NCBI GenBank assembly: GCA_963711835.1
Contig: CAVQFQ010000005.1
Span: 64,001 to 128,000, forward strand
Source: an uncultured delta proteobacterium
GTDB taxonomy: Bacteria > Desulfobacterota > RBG-13-43-22
Reading direction: 5' to 3'
DNA: 64,000 bases
Under the pieces are notes generated by a model. That model saw only the letters and a program-made list of their open reading frames with translations. It made no database searches and had not been told where the DNA came from. How positions within the stretch are numbered: position 1 is the first letter of the stretch; the number at the start of each line of letters is the position of its first letter. Position numbers and translations under genes: made by a program. Of this stretch, positions 52,286 through 61,747 are shown in pieces.

Positions 52286-53963
52286 GCGCCTCCCCCCCCG
52301 GTTCCGGGTTCTTTTGTTTGACCAGTCTCCTTTTTTCTTCATCCCTAATTTCCCGCCGGAGCAGTTTCCCTACCTTGGATTTGGGGAGCATATCCCTGAA
52401 TTCGATATACTGGGGGATCTTATAAGCAGCCAGCCGTTCCCGGCACCATTTGATCAGCTCTATTCCACCGACCCCTTTGGCATCGCTTTTCATGACCACG
52501 ATGGCCTTAATCCGCTCCCCCACCTTGAGATCCGGAATGCCCACGACACAGGCGCCGATGACCGTTGGATGGTCCTGCAAAACCGCCTCGATCTCCGAAG
52601 CCGAAACCCGGTAACCCTTGTGCTTGATGATGTCGGCCAGACGCTCCACATAGACCAGTTCTCCTTCCGGGGTTCGGCGGACAAAATCTCCCATGCGGTA
52701 ATAGACCTTTTCGTCCCGGTTCATATAGGCCCGGGCCGTTTCATCGGGCTTGTTCCAGTACTGCTTGATGGTGAATTCGGACGTCACGATCAGTTCGCCC
52801 ACCTCCCCGTCCTGGACCGGTTCCAGTGTTTCCGGATCGACTACAAGGCACTCCCTGGATTTCAGGGGCAGGCCGATGGACTGGGGATCCGTCTCCCGGT
52901 TTAGAGGGCTGTAGGTGATATGGCCGGCCTCGGTGGAGCCGTAGACCTGATAAATGGAGACGCCGAAATTTTCCTTCCAGCGGTTGTAGACCTCCAGCGG
53001 CAGGACGTCCCCCCCGCAATAGCAGTATTTCAGGCTGCCGAGGTCGTACCATTCCAGGCGGTCGTTTTCCAAGATCATCCGGTAGAGGGTCGGAACGCCC
53101 AGCAGCCAACGGACCCGGTAGCGGTGGATCGCCTCCAGGATGGCGTCCACCTGGGGAACAGGCATTAAAATGGTGGTGTTCCCCTGGTTGAGCCCTACGG
53201 CCATAAAAAAACCCAAGGCCATGATGTGGAAAAGGGGGTTTACGGCAATATAGGTATCCTGCCCTTCCTGGATGGTTCCCCCCACCACATCCTCCATGAT
53301 GTCCTGGATATAGGAGGTCATCCCAATATGATTACCGGGCACCCCCTTAGGGAACCCGGTGGTCCCGCCGGTGTACAGGATGTAGGATAGGTCGTTCCAG
53401 GGATCGATGGTAACTGTCGGAGGGTTGGGCGGAAATTTCAGCAGGTCTTTGAAGGGGACGACCTTGCTGTCCCGTCCGATTTTGCCGCCGGGGATTTTAT
53501 CAAACAGGGTCCCGATGATCCGCTTCCAAACCGGGAGCAGGTCGGCCAGGTTGGTGACAATGGCCCGTTTCAGATTGGTGTTACCCAGGACCTCTTTCAC
53601 ATACCCGAAATTGGTGTCGTGGCATATGATAGTTTCCGCCCCGGCATCCCGGACCATGTACTCAATCTCATGAGAGGTATAGATGGGGGATACGGGAACA
53701 ACGACGGCCCCAGCTTTTTGAATACCCAGAAAGGCCACCACCCACTGGATGCAGTTGGAAATATAGAGGATGACTTTGTCGCCCGGCTTTACGCCCATCT
53801 CGGCCAGGCCGGCAGCGAAGCGGTCCGCCAGGTCCTTGAGCCGCCGATAGGAAAATTTCTCCCCCAAATAGACCACGGCGGTTTTCCCCGGATACTGCTT
53901 CACTATGGCTTCGAAGCGTGCAAAGACCGGTTCGGCTGGATAATGTTCAGCAGGTATAGGCAT
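52272..53963 (-). CDS. Acyl-CoA synthetase (AMP-forming)
   Basis: YTGGTTGFPKG, YGSTE, MGD, LPKSKVGK. Confidence 0.92.
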   Translation of the reverse strand: MPIPAEHYPAEPVFARFEAIVKQYPGKTAVVYLGEKFSYRRLKDLADRFAAGLAEMGVKPGDKVILYISNCIQWVVAFLGIQKAGAVVVPVSPIYTSHEIEYMVRDAGAETIICHDTNFGYVKEVLGNTNLKRAIVTNLADLLPVWKRIIGTLFDKIPGGKIGRDSKVVPFKDLLKFPPNPPTVTIDPWNDLSYILYTGGTTGFPKGVPGNHIGMTSYIQDIMEDVVGGTIQEGQDTYIAVNPLFHIMALGFFMAVGLNQGNTTILMPVPQVDAILEAIHRYRVRWLLGVPTLYRMILENDRLEWYDLGSLKYCYCGGDVLPLEVYNRWKENFGVSIYQVYGSTEAGHITYSPLNRETDPQSIGLPLKSRECLVVDPETLEPVQDGEVGELIVTSEFTIKQYWNKPDETARAYMNRDEKVYYRMGDFVRRTPEGELVYVERLADIIKHKGYRVSASEIEAVLQDHPTVIGACVVGIPDLKVGERIKAIVVMKSDAKGVGGIELIKWCRERLAAYKIPQYIEFRDMLPKSKVGKLLRREIRDEEKRRLVKQKNPEPGGEAHGKK

Positions 53964-54065
53964 TTGGGTTTTTGTTCAGTTCAAAAGTTTTGATAAAAAG
54001 AGAATATTAAATGCCGAAGCTTTTGATCTCCTTCTCCTTCGATATTCATTATTCGTCGTCATGCC

Positions 54066-54812
54066 CTACACCCCGAAATAGGCCGAGCGCACGTCCGGAT
54101 TGTCGAGCAGTACCTGGCGCGTCCCCTCCAGGACGGCCGCCCCGTTTTCCAGGATGTAACCGTAATCGATGATCGGGATGATCGGCCGCGCATACTGCTC
54201 GGTCACCAGGATGGTGATCCCCCGCTCCTTATGAATCTCCCGGATGGCCCGGACCAGCATGGCCTGGACCAGGGGACTCAACCCCATCAGCGGCTCATCC
54301 AGCATAAGGATCTTGGGCTGGGCCATGAGGGCCCGGCCGACGGCCAGCATCTGCTGCTCGCCGCCGCTCAGGAACCCGCCCTCCCGGTCTTTCAAGGGGA
54401 CCAGGGCTGGGAAGATCTTGAATACGTATTCCAGGGTTTCCTTCTTCTGCCGGCCCGAGGCCAGGTAGCCGCCGATCATCAAGTTTTCCAGGACCGTGCT
54501 CTCCGGGAAGATACGCCGCCGTTCCGGGCAGAGGACGATCCCCAGTCGTGCCCGCTGGCTGGGCTTGAGTGGCATGATGTCCCGGCCCTGGTAATGGACT
54601 TGGCCCAAGACCGTAATACGCTCCCCGCCGGCCATTTCCTCCTTGCGCTTAATGTCCAGGATGATTCCGGAAATAGTGTACATCAGCGTGGACTTACCGG
54701 CGCTGTTGGCCCCGAAAATCCCGACGATCTGGCCTTCGTCCACCTTCAGGCTGACATTGTTCAAGGCCAGCATATTCTCGTAAAAGACCATCAATCCCTG
54801 GGCTTCAAACAT
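54066..54812 (-). CDS. Branched-chain-type ABC ATPase (LivF-like)
   Basis: GANSAGKS, LSGGEQQM, LDEP. Confidence 0.9.
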   Translation of the reverse strand: MFEAQGLMVFYENMLALNNVSLKVDEGQIVGIFGANSAGKSTLMYTISGIILDIKRKEEMAGGERITVLGQVHYQGRDIMPLKPSQRARLGIVLCPERRRIFPESTVLENLMIGGYLASGRQKKETLEYVFKIFPALVPLKDREGGFLSGGEQQMLAVGRALMAQPKILMLDEPLMGLSPLVQAMLVRAIREIHKERGITILVTEQYARPIIPIIDYGYILENGAAVLEGTRQVLLDNPDVRSAYFGV

Positions 54813-55587
54813 AATCGGAAAGGTCCTCTGACCCCAGATAGGCTTCTTTGACTTTTTTATCAGCCATGACTTCATCCGGGGAACCTTCGATCAATTTTTG
54901 CCCGAAGTTGAGCACCATCACACGGTTGGCCACCCGGAACAATTCTTTCAACCGGTGCTCGATCATGATCAGGGTAATCCCCTCCATCTGCAGGCGCTCG
55001 ATAAGGGGGAGCATGCTGGCGATCTCACTCATGCTCAACCCCGAAAAGACCTCGTCACATAGGATCAGCTCCGGCCGCAGGGCCAGGCATCGGGCCAGTT
55101 CCAGCCTTTTCAGGTACCCGGTGGGCAGGGTCGAGGCCAGCTTGTAGGGCACCTGCGAATCCCTCTCAAAACCGATTTCCTCCAGGATGTCGATCCCGAC
55201 CGTGTCCCGGTCCCCCAGTTTTCCGCCCCCTCGCCAGCCACCCTGGCGTCGGGCCCGGGGGGAAAAAAGAGGGACGATCAAATTCTTATAAGCCGGCAGG
55301 CTGTAATAGGGGCGCATGATCTGGAAAGTCCGGGTGACCCCGAGGTCGGCGATTTTATGGGGAGCCCAGTTGGTGATCTCCCTTCCTTTAAAGAAAACCT
55401 TTCCCGAATCCGTCCTGACAAAACCGGTAATACAATTAATCAAGGTGGTTTTCCCTGACCCGTTCGGTCCGATGATCCCCAGGATCTCTCCACGGTTGAG
55501 TTTAAAGCTTACCCTGGACAAGGCCTGGATCCCGCCGAAGGCCTTGCTGACCTCCCGGACTTCGAGAAGGGCCGTTTCCGGATTCAT
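54805..55587 (-). CDS. Branched-chain-type ABC ATPase (LivG-like)
   Basis: FGGIQAL, GPNGSGKT, RTFQ, EAYLG. Confidence 0.9.
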   Translation of the reverse strand: MNPETALLEVREVSKAFGGIQALSRVSFKLNRGEILGIIGPNGSGKTTLINCITGFVRTDSGKVFFKGREITNWAPHKIADLGVTRTFQIMRPYYSLPAYKNLIVPLFSPRARRQGGWRGGGKLGDRDTVGIDILEEIGFERDSQVPYKLASTLPTGYLKRLELARCLALRPELILCDEVFSGLSMSEIASMLPLIERLQMEGITLIMIEHRLKELFRVANRVMVLNFGQKLIEGSPDEVMADKKVKEAYLGSEDLSDYV

Positions 55588-56597
55588 ACCTTCACCCACT
55601 TTTCAAACTGGTGGTATTTCCGCTGGGCATAGACCATGATCCCTTCGCTGCGGAAAACGATAAAGGCCATGAGAATCAACGCGTAAAAAACAATCCGCAG
55701 GGTGCCGAAGGCCCGGAGCAGCTCGGAAACGGGTACCAGGATGAGGCTGCCAAGGACCGGACCGACCAGCGTCCCGCCCCCGCCAATGACGGTGGCGGCG
55801 ATAGGAATGATGGAAAAATCCAGGGCCAGGGTGGAGATGCCGGCCCACATATAGATGTGCACCAGATAGGCCCCACCGAGGCAGGCCAAAGCGGAGGAAA
55901 TAAACACGGCCAGGGTCTTGTAGCGGGTGATGTTGATCCCGGAGGCCTTTACAGCCTGGTCGTTGTCCTTGACGGCCCGGAAAACCAAACCCAGGTCGGT
56001 ATTCACCAGGCGACGTAAACCGAACATGGCCACCAGCACGACCAGGATCAGGGAATACTGTTCCACCCAGCGGTTGGGGAAGCTGGAAACGCCCAGGATC
56101 CCGTCGGTGCCCCCGAAAATGTTCAGGGCCTCGATAACCCGCATGGCCAATAAGGGATACATGAGGGTCACGATGGAAAAATAGACCCCCCGCAGCGGCA
56201 AACAGGGCAGGATGGCCAGCGTGCAGAAAACCCCTCCGCCTATGGTGGCCAGGGGAATGGAATAGAGGGGTGACAGGCCGAGTTTGGTGTTCAGCAGGGC
56301 CGCTATATAGCCGCCCACCCCGACAAAAAAAGCCCCCCCCAGGGAAACCAGGCCGACAAAATGGGTCAGGAAATCAAAACTCAGGGCCAGCAGGGCGTAG
56401 ATGCCGACAATGGAGATCACCCGCTGCCAGTAGGGATTGGTAATGACCAGCGGCAGGAGGAGAAGTCCCACGATCAAGACCAGGCGGGGCAGGATCAGGT
56501 AGCCGATCTCCTTGCCGCCGGAAATGGCGTAAATGCCGCTGGTCCGGACTTTGATCCCCCGGTCCAACCGTTCTTTGCGGACATCGGTGCCGGCCAT
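55584..56597 (-). CDS. ABC permease (LivM-like)
   Basis: LRGVYF, GGTDG, GG.GTLVGP. Confidence 0.88.
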   Translation of the reverse strand: MAGTDVRKERLDRGIKVRTSGIYAISGGKEIGYLILPRLVLIVGLLLLPLVITNPYWQRVISIVGIYALLALSFDFLTHFVGLVSLGGAFFVGVGGYIAALLNTKLGLSPLYSIPLATIGGGVFCTLAILPCLPLRGVYFSIVTLMYPLLAMRVIEALNIFGGTDGILGVSSFPNRWVEQYSLILVVLVAMFGLRRLVNTDLGLVFRAVKDNDQAVKASGINITRYKTLAVFISSALACLGGAYLVHIYMWAGISTLALDFSIIPIAATVIGGGGTLVGPVLGSLILVPVSELLRAFGTLRIVFYALILMAFIVFRSEGIMVYAQRKYHQFEKWVKV

Positions 56598-56599
56598 GA

Positions 56600-57466
56600 T
56601 CAGACGCGCTCCTCCAGTTCCTTCTGGCGGCCAAAGAGTCCCGAAGGTTTGAGAATTAAGGTGATGATGATGGCCAGGATGGCCACCACCATTTGAAAGT
56701 GGGGCTCGAGGTAGACCACGGTCAGGATCTGGGCGAAACCGATGACAAAAGCGGCCAGCACCGCCCCCACCCAGCTTCCCAGTCCGCCGACGATGCACAC
56801 GGCAATGGCCATGATCAGCACGTTGTACCCGGCTTCGACGACGATGTTCCCCAGGGGCAGCAGGGCCACTGCAGCCAGTCCGGCCAGCACCGAACCCAGG
56901 AACATGGACAGGATGGCCATGCGGTCGGAGTCGATCCCCAGCATCATGGCCGCCCGTTCGTCCTGGGCCATGCCGCGCAGGGCCAGGCCGACCCGGTTAT
57001 AATGGGTAAACAGCCAGAGCAGGCCCATGACAACCGCCCCGATGACCACCACAAAAATCCGCTGGTAATCGATCATCACCCCCAGGAGATTGAAACTTCC
57101 GGGGATGAAAGCCGGGAGGGTGTAGGTCATGCCCTTGAACCCTCCCCAGCGCAGGCCCTCCAGGATCGCCAGCCCGATGGCGTAGGAAGCGATGATCTCG
57201 GAAGTTACCATGCCCCTGATGCGGATCAGGATGAAATAATAGATGGCCGCCCCGATCAATCCGATAATGAACAAACCCAGGAGGATGGAAAGGAAGTAAT
57301 TCAGATTCAGGGTGTGAATCAGGCTCCAGACGATAAAGCCGGTGACGATATACAAGGCCCCGTGGGCGAAATTCGGCAGGCCGCTGATACCGTAGACCAG
57401 GGTAAACCCCAGGGCCATCAGGGCCAGGGTGACACTGTTGACGATCCCGTAGACCAGTATTTCCAT
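56600..57466 (-). CDS. ABC permease (LivH-like)
   Basis: ALGFTLVYG...NFAHG, GGLGS, PSGLFG. Confidence 0.9.
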   Translation of the reverse strand: MEILVYGIVNSVTLALMALGFTLVYGISGLPNFAHGALYIVTGFIVWSLIHTLNLNYFLSILLGLFIIGLIGAAIYYFILIRIRGMVTSEIIASYAIGLAILEGLRWGGFKGMTYTLPAFIPGSFNLLGVMIDYQRIFVVVIGAVVMGLLWLFTHYNRVGLALRGMAQDERAAMMLGIDSDRMAILSMFLGSVLAGLAAVALLPLGNIVVEAGYNVLIMAIAVCIVGGLGSWVGAVLAAFVIGFAQILTVVYLEPHFQMVVAILAIIITLILKPSGLFGRQKELEERV

Positions 57467-57642
57467 AGCCGCCCTAACCGGACTAATCTTGGTTTAAATC
57501 CGAAATCCGAATTTCGATCCGCATATTCCCCCCCCCTTGGACCCGCCTGCGGCGGGATTAGGGAGGGGGAGGTGTTCAGATCATCCTTTTTTATCCAGTA
57601 TCCAGTATCGTTGTTAGTCTTTATCCAGTATCAGTTTTTACT

Positions 57643-58923
57643 CTACTTCTTCATCCAGGGCGGAAGTAAAATCTGCCCGGTGGCGATGGACTCCGGGAAG
57701 ACCACGACCCGTTTGCCCTTTTGCCACTGAAAGATGGTCCCGACAGCCCCTTCCTTGGGATTCAGGCTGGGGATCACCTGGTGGGACTTGGGATCAAAGC
57801 GGATCCGTCCGTAAACCCCCATCAGGTCGGTCTTTTCCAGGGCGGCGATCACCGCGTCGGCCTCCAGGGACCCGGCCCTTTCGATGGCGTCCTTCAAGGT
57901 GTAGACCGCCATGTAGCTGCTGGACGTCCCGTACCCCTCCGGTTCGATCTTCCAGCGCTTGGTGTAGGCGTCATAAAATTTCATGGTCCAGGGCGTGGCT
58001 TTGGAGGGAGCATTCCCGGCGTTGACCACATTGGCCAGGGCGAATTCCCCCTTCCCTTCCGTAGCTTTCCAAAATCCGGGCTGCTCGGCGGGGGCGATGA
58101 TGGAGCCGAAAGGCAAGGCTGCAATTTTGAGATCATACCATTGTTTTAACAGGATAGAACTTTCGGGCATGTCCATCCAGATTAGTATTATCTGGGCCCC
58201 TTCCTTCTTGGCCTTGAGCAGTCCCATGGAAAAATCCGTGGTGCCGGTGGGGTAGATCTCCGGGTTGCCTATCACCGTCCAGCCTTTTTCGGCCATGACC
58301 TTGGCTATCAATCCCCCGCCCCATCGGGCATGGGCCACATCCTGGATCATAATGAACAATTTATTGATATTGTATTTTTTCCCGATCTCAAGCAGGCTGG
58401 GGATCATCTCCCCGTTCACCATCCATACGGCCTCTCCGCTGATCCGGAAGCAGTATTTGTACTTGTCGTATTCTTTCGCCACCCGGGCATGATAGGCCGG
58501 GGTCAGGGCCCCGGTGGTCAGGATGGAAACCTTCTTATATTTGGAAAGCAGGTCCATGGCGGCCAGGGCAGCCTCGGAGCGGACCGGCCCGCCGACGATG
58601 AAATCCGCCTTTTTTTCCAAAATAAGCTTCTCGACCGTCAGCAGGGCGTCACTGACCGGTACCCCCGGTTCCAAGTCGCGGGTGTCGATCACCTCCACGG
58701 CAAAGGGCCGTTTGGTCCCCCCCACCTTCACGCCGCCCTGGGCGTTGATTTCTTCGACGGCCAGCCGGATGGCCCGCTCAGCGTCCCAACCATAAAGAAA
58801 GGCCGTCGCCAGCGGGGCGCCGATGACAATAGGTTCGGCCGCAGCGCTGCCGGCGGCCGGAAGAAATAATCCGGCCAGAAAAAATGCCAGCCATACCCAT
58901 AGGGTGAAACCTTTTGCTTTCAT
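57643..58923 (-). CDS. ABC substrate-binding protein (LivK/aromatic acid family)
   Basis: Signal peptide, LAVEEINAQGG, AIERAGS, QWQKGK. Confidence 0.9.
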   Translation of the reverse strand: MKAKGFTLWVWLAFFLAGLFLPAAGSAAAEPIVIGAPLATAFLYGWDAERAIRLAVEEINAQGGVKVGGTKRPFAVEVIDTRDLEPGVPVSDALLTVEKLILEKKADFIVGGPVRSEAALAAMDLLSKYKKVSILTTGALTPAYHARVAKEYDKYKYCFRISGEAVWMVNGEMIPSLLEIGKKYNINKLFIMIQDVAHARWGGGLIAKVMAEKGWTVIGNPEIYPTGTTDFSMGLLKAKKEGAQIILIWMDMPESSILLKQWYDLKIAALPFGSIIAPAEQPGFWKATEGKGEFALANVVNAGNAPSKATPWTMKFYDAYTKRWKIEPEGYGTSSSYMAVYTLKDAIERAGSLEADAVIAALEKTDLMGVYGRIRFDPKSHQVIPSLNPKEGAVGTIFQWQKGKRVVVFPESIATGQILLPPWMKK

Positions 58924-59129
58924 ACCGTTCCTCCTTATTTGGATTGATTAACTCCACCTAAATAGTAATATTACTGCGGGGCCATCCCGAAAAATGGGAG
59001 GACCTTATCTTTGGATCGTGCTTTGGTGTCGGGTATGATTGGAGCTAAAGGCAACCGCCTCGGTCTTTACCTGACCGGGGTTCTTTTTTTGTATGGTATC
59101 CGGAGCCCCTTTATTTATCAAGCAAATTT

Positions 59130-60173
59130 CTACAGAACGGCCCAGGGTTTGGGCAGAAAGATCTTTTCATAAAGGTTCAGGGCATAACGGTCGGTCATGC
59201 CGGCGATGAAATCGGTCACCTTTTGGACGATGGTTTCCGGCTGTTCCCCGCCACCACTCCAGCCGGTTTCCATCAGAGCGGGTTTGGCCAAGAGGGCCTG
59301 ATACAACTCGCTGATGATCTTCCGGGCTTTTATGAAGTCCTCATGGACCCGTCCGATTTCATAAACCCGTTCATAGAGAAATTCCCTCAAGTGGACCATG
59401 GCCTGGAGGACTTCCTCCCCCAGGGTCAGGCCTGAGAACGGTTCTTCGAGGCTGTGATAGACCAGGTCATGGACCATGGTGTTGATACGCTGGGAACTTC
59501 GATCACCCAGGACCTTCAAACAAAAGGGGGGGATTTCTTCTTCAGCAATGAGGCCGCCCCGAATGGCGTCATCCAGATCATGGCAGATATAGGCGATGAT
59601 GTCGGCCACCCGAACCACCTGCCCTTCCAGGGTCAGGGGTTTTTCAGAGGATTTTTCGGGCAGGATATCGCCCTTGCCTTTGGAATGTTTTAGAATGCCG
59701 TCTCTCACTTCCAAGGTCAGGTTCAAGCCCTGCCCCCCCTTTTCGAGGTGGTCGACAATCCGTAGGCTCTGCACGTGATGCACAAAACCTCCGGGAACAA
59801 TTTGGTTCAGGACCTCTTCCCCGGCATGGCCGAAGGGTGTATGACCCAAATCATGCCCCAGGGCGATGGCCTCGGTCAGGTCTTCGTTGAGACTCAAGGC
59901 CCGGGCTATGGTGCGGGCAATCTGAGAGACTTCCAGGGTGTGGGTCAGGCGGGTCCGGTAATGATCCCCGGTCGGAGCTAAGAAGACCTGAGTCTTATGC
60001 TTCAGGCGCCGGAAGGCTTTGGAATGGATAATCCGGTCTCGGTCCCGCTGAAAGGCGGTCCGGATCGGGCAGGCCTCCTCAGGCCGGAGCCTCCCCCGGC
60101 TGGCGGAACTCCGGGCCGCCAAAGGAGATAACTGATCCTGTTCTTTTTTTTCTATGGTTACTCGGATATCCAT
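59130..60173 (-). CDS. dgt: dGTP triphosphohydrolase
   Basis: [39 protein letters not shown]. Confidence 0.93.
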   Translation of the reverse strand: MDIRVTIEKKEQDQLSPLAARSSASRGRLRPEEACPIRTAFQRDRDRIIHSKAFRRLKHKTQVFLAPTGDHYRTRLTHTLEVSQIARTIARALSLNEDLTEAIALGHDLGHTPFGHAGEEVLNQIVPGGFVHHVQSLRIVDHLEKGGQGLNLTLEVRDGILKHSKGKGDILPEKSSEKPLTLEGQVVRVADIIAYICHDLDDAIRGGLIAEEEIPPFCLKVLGDRSSQRINTMVHDLVYHSLEEPFSGLTLGEEVLQAMVHLREFLYERVYEIGRVHEDFIKARKIISELYQALLAKPALMETGWSGGGEQPETIVQKVTDFIAGMTDRYALNLYEKIFLPKPWAVL

Positions 60174-60399
60174 ACCAGGAGGTCCATGGGTTTTCATTTT
60201 TACCAAGAATTTAAAAAAAAACAAGTCTATTTCCTATCTGGTTATTTTTGTTTACAAAAAAGGCGTCCTGGGCTACTCTTAGCCCAAAGCAGTTCACAGG
60301 CAGCCCCCTGATTTTTAGCCGCGGGAATCCGCTTCCGGATCCCCTTACCCCTTCTATTGGAAATCAGAGGAAAAATGCTCAGAAATTACCAAGCAAAGC

Positions 60400-60645
60400 T
60401 ATTTGAAATTTTTTCTAAAGTTCTGAAGAAATGGTGGCGGTGAGTCTTATTTTTTTAAGTTGTCCGAAGGGTGACTAAGAACCCCTAATCCGGCCCGAAT
60501 AACTAAGTTTATGTTAGAGCAGGGCATTCATCCCGCCGAGGCGGGACTTATGGCTTTGGGGTGGACAACTCAAAAAATAAGACCCCCCACCACCTGATAT
60601 TGGAAAGTTAGAGATAAATTCCCAGAATTAAGAGGGATAGAATTT
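60400..60645. repeat. Nested element copy D (frame +, core +; core 60433..60594)
   Basis: GTCTTATTTTTTTAAGTTGTCC / GGACAACTCAAAAAATAAGAC arms; frame GAAGAAAT ... TTGGAAAGTTAGAGATAAATTCCCA. Confidence 0.88.
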
Positions 60646-60667
60646 CTTCAAAAATCAAACCGTTTCC

Positions 60668-61747
60668 ATGAGAATCGTCAGCCATTACATTTCGAGGGAG
60701 TTCCTGAAGATGACCGGGCTTTGTCTGGCCATTTTCGTTTTTATCTATTTTCTGGTTGATTTAATGGAAAAATTGAATGATTTTAATCAGGCCGGGGTTT
60801 CCCCCCGTCTCATTATCTGGTATTTTTTATTTACCCTGCCCGCCATCTTTAAACAAATGGTCCCGGTGGCGATTCTGATGGGGACCCAATTGACCTTCGG
60901 ATTCTTATCAAAGAACAACCAGCTCATTGCCTTTAAGTCCAGCGGGCTTAACATGGTCCGTCTCTCCTTTCCAATTATCCTGTTCTCCTTGGCCGCCTCC
61001 CTGATTCTTCTTATCATAGGAGAAGGATTGATCCCTTTTACCAATGCCCGGGCAGCCGAGATTTGGAACATTCAGGTCAAAAAAAAGGAACTCCGGGCCG
61101 TTTTAATTCAAGAGCGAATCTGGTATAAAGGAGATCAGGGCATTTATTCCTTTAACCGGTTCAATTTTAGGGATCAGGTCGCCGAAGGGGTGACCTTCTA
61201 TTTTTTCGACTCCCAGTTCAACCTGACCTTGCGCCTGGATGCCGAGAAGGTGCAATGGAAAAACGGGATGTGGTTTTTTTACAACGGCCTGTCCCAGTCC
61301 TTTCAGGGAGAGGGTAATTACACCAGTCAGCCTTTTGCCGAAAAGACCCTCGTTCTACCTGAAACCCCGGAAGACTTTCGGGTTCAGGAAAAAGGAAGCG
61401 AGGAAATGACCTACGCTGAATTACGATCGCATATCCGGAAAATTGAAAAGGAAGGCTATGAAGCCACCCGCTATCGAGTGGAAAAAGAAATCCGGCTGGC
61501 CTTTCCTTTCGTCTGCCTGATCATGGCCCTGATTGGAATTTCCATGGCTTTACGAAAGGAAAAAGGGATCGGCGTTGCCCAGGGAATCGTGGGCAGCCTG
61601 GCCGTCACCTTTATTTATTGGATCTTTTTCGGCTTCTCCCGCTCCCTGGGAATTTCCGGTATTTTTCCCCCGCTCTGGGCGGCCTGGGCCTCGAACCTCC
61701 TTTTCTTAATGATCGGCGGCTATCTTCTTTTGACCATCCGGCAATGA
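60668..61747 (+). CDS. lptG: LPS export permease LptG
   Basis: YISREFL, NQLIAFKSSG, LPETPEDF, LAFPF, WAAWASN. Confidence 0.85.
   Translation: MRIVSHYISREFLKMTGLCLAIFVFIYFLVDLMEKLNDFNQAGVSPRLIIWYFLFTLPAIFKQMVPVAILMGTQLTFGFLSKNNQLIAFKSSGLNMVRLSFPIILFSLAASLILLIIGEGLIPFTNARAAEIWNIQVKKKELRAVLIQERIWYKGDQGIYSFNRFNFRDQVAEGVTFYFFDSQFNLTLRLDAEKVQWKNGMWFFYNGLSQSFQGEGNYTSQPFAEKTLVLPETPEDFRVQEKGSEEMTYAELRSHIRKIEKEGYEATRYRVEKEIRLAFPFVCLIMALIGISMALRKEKGIGVAQGIVGSLAVTFIYWIFFGFSRSLGISGIFPPLWAAWASNLLFLMIGGYLLLTIRQ

Noticed and set aside
60668-61747. lptG without adjacent lptF, and gatCA without gatB
   Set aside because: Split operons are common; partners may lie elsewhere in the genome
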